From Gnetum montanum (Eukaryota > Plantae > Gnetophyta), in the NCBI GenBank assembly GCA_015680685.1, contig MNCI01001177.1, forward strand, positions 466,014 to 530,013: a stretch of 64,000 nucleotides of DNA, written 5' to 3'. Under the pieces are notes generated by a model. That model was not told where the DNA came from, did no database searches, and was given only the letters and a program-made list of their open reading frames with translations. The stretch's first letter is position 1. Each line of letters starts with the position of its first letter. Position numbers and translations under genes: made by a program. Positions 63,341 to 64,000 of this stretch are shown here, in pieces.

Positions 63341-64000
63341 CTATGTATAAAACGGTTTCAGGAACAAGTGATTGGTTAGATTTGCAAATTCTTTTCCGTC
63401 CATGTCAGCTAACTTGAAAGCTCCGTTGTCGAATGCTTTGATGACCAGGTAAGGCCCTTCCCAGTTGACTGAGAATTTATCTGGGTGTTCTCAAACAGCC
63501 TTAAGCACGAGATCTCCTTCTTTGATGGGGCGTTTATGAATGTCATGCCGATGTCATTGCCGCTGTTGTTTTTGGTACCATTCGATCTGATCAAGTGCGC
63601 GTACACGCTCCTCCTCCACCGAGTCCAGGTCAATGATGCATAGATCATTGTTTTGCTCATCGTCGAGAAGTCTGGAAAGCATGATCCTTAGAGATGGTAC
63701 CTATAATTCCAAAGGTAAAATAGCTTCCGAATCGTAAACAAGACTGTACGGAGTTTTACCTGTCGAAGTCCAATGTGTAGTACGGTATGCCCACAATGCA
63801 TACACCAGTTGTTCATGTCATCTTCGTTTAATTCGGGCAAGCATCTTTTTGAGTATTGTGATGATTGTCTTATTTGTTGCTTCCGCCTGCCCATTGCTCT
63901 GAGGATAGTAAGGGGATGAAAACGAATGTTTGATCCCTAGACTATCACAAAAGGTTTTGGTCTCGGCACTGCTAAATTGTGGCCCATTGTCAGTGATGAT
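63341..64000 (-). pseudogene. pol: Element C integrase (core and C-terminus), frameshifted
   Basis: [11 protein letters not shown]...[19 protein letters not shown]...ALWAYRTT...KFSVNWEGPY...TNHLFLKPFY. Confidence 0.88.

Larger units (their letters stand above)
60660..64000 (-). mobile_element. Element C: young, CpG-rich Tat-clade element (3' LTR, 3' UTR, integrase), continuing beyond the window
   Basis: LTR 60660-61923, PPT 61924-61940, integrase similar to those of A and F; inserted just after the F antisense gene. Confidence 0.88.

Overview
Repeat-dense land-plant genomic DNA (species not determinable) made almost entirely of nested, mostly decayed Ty3/gypsy LTR retrotransposons; no intact host gene was found. 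I label the elements A-G. An Athila-like element D (minus strand) is split by a complete 20.8-kb Tat/Ogre-type element A (2199-23013; GGGAT target-site duplication (TSD), tRNA-Asn-type primer-binding site (PBS), extra RNase H), which itself carries a younger solo LTR (5179-6643). D is also interrupted by an Athila-like element B (28947-~36107). Further right come two Athila solo LTRs and an Athila remnant G, into which a chromodomain-bearing chromovirus E, a second Tat-type element F and a young Tat-type element C appear to be successively nested. Most striking: two divergent Tat-type elements (A and F) each carry, upstream of reverse transcriptase (between protease and RT in A, inside what looks like a multi-kb gag-pol intron), an antisense, multi-exon gene with matching intron positions. 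It encodes an FCP1/NIF-like (CTD-phosphatase-fold) domain lacking its catalytic aspartates, followed by a transposon-protein-like domain, an acidic tract and a coiled coil. The Tat LTRs also share a phased, four-part palindromic motif (TACGC-N4/5-TACGC-N6-GCGTA-N4/5-GCGTA) that could be a target site. All domain calls are by-eye motif recognition, not database searches.
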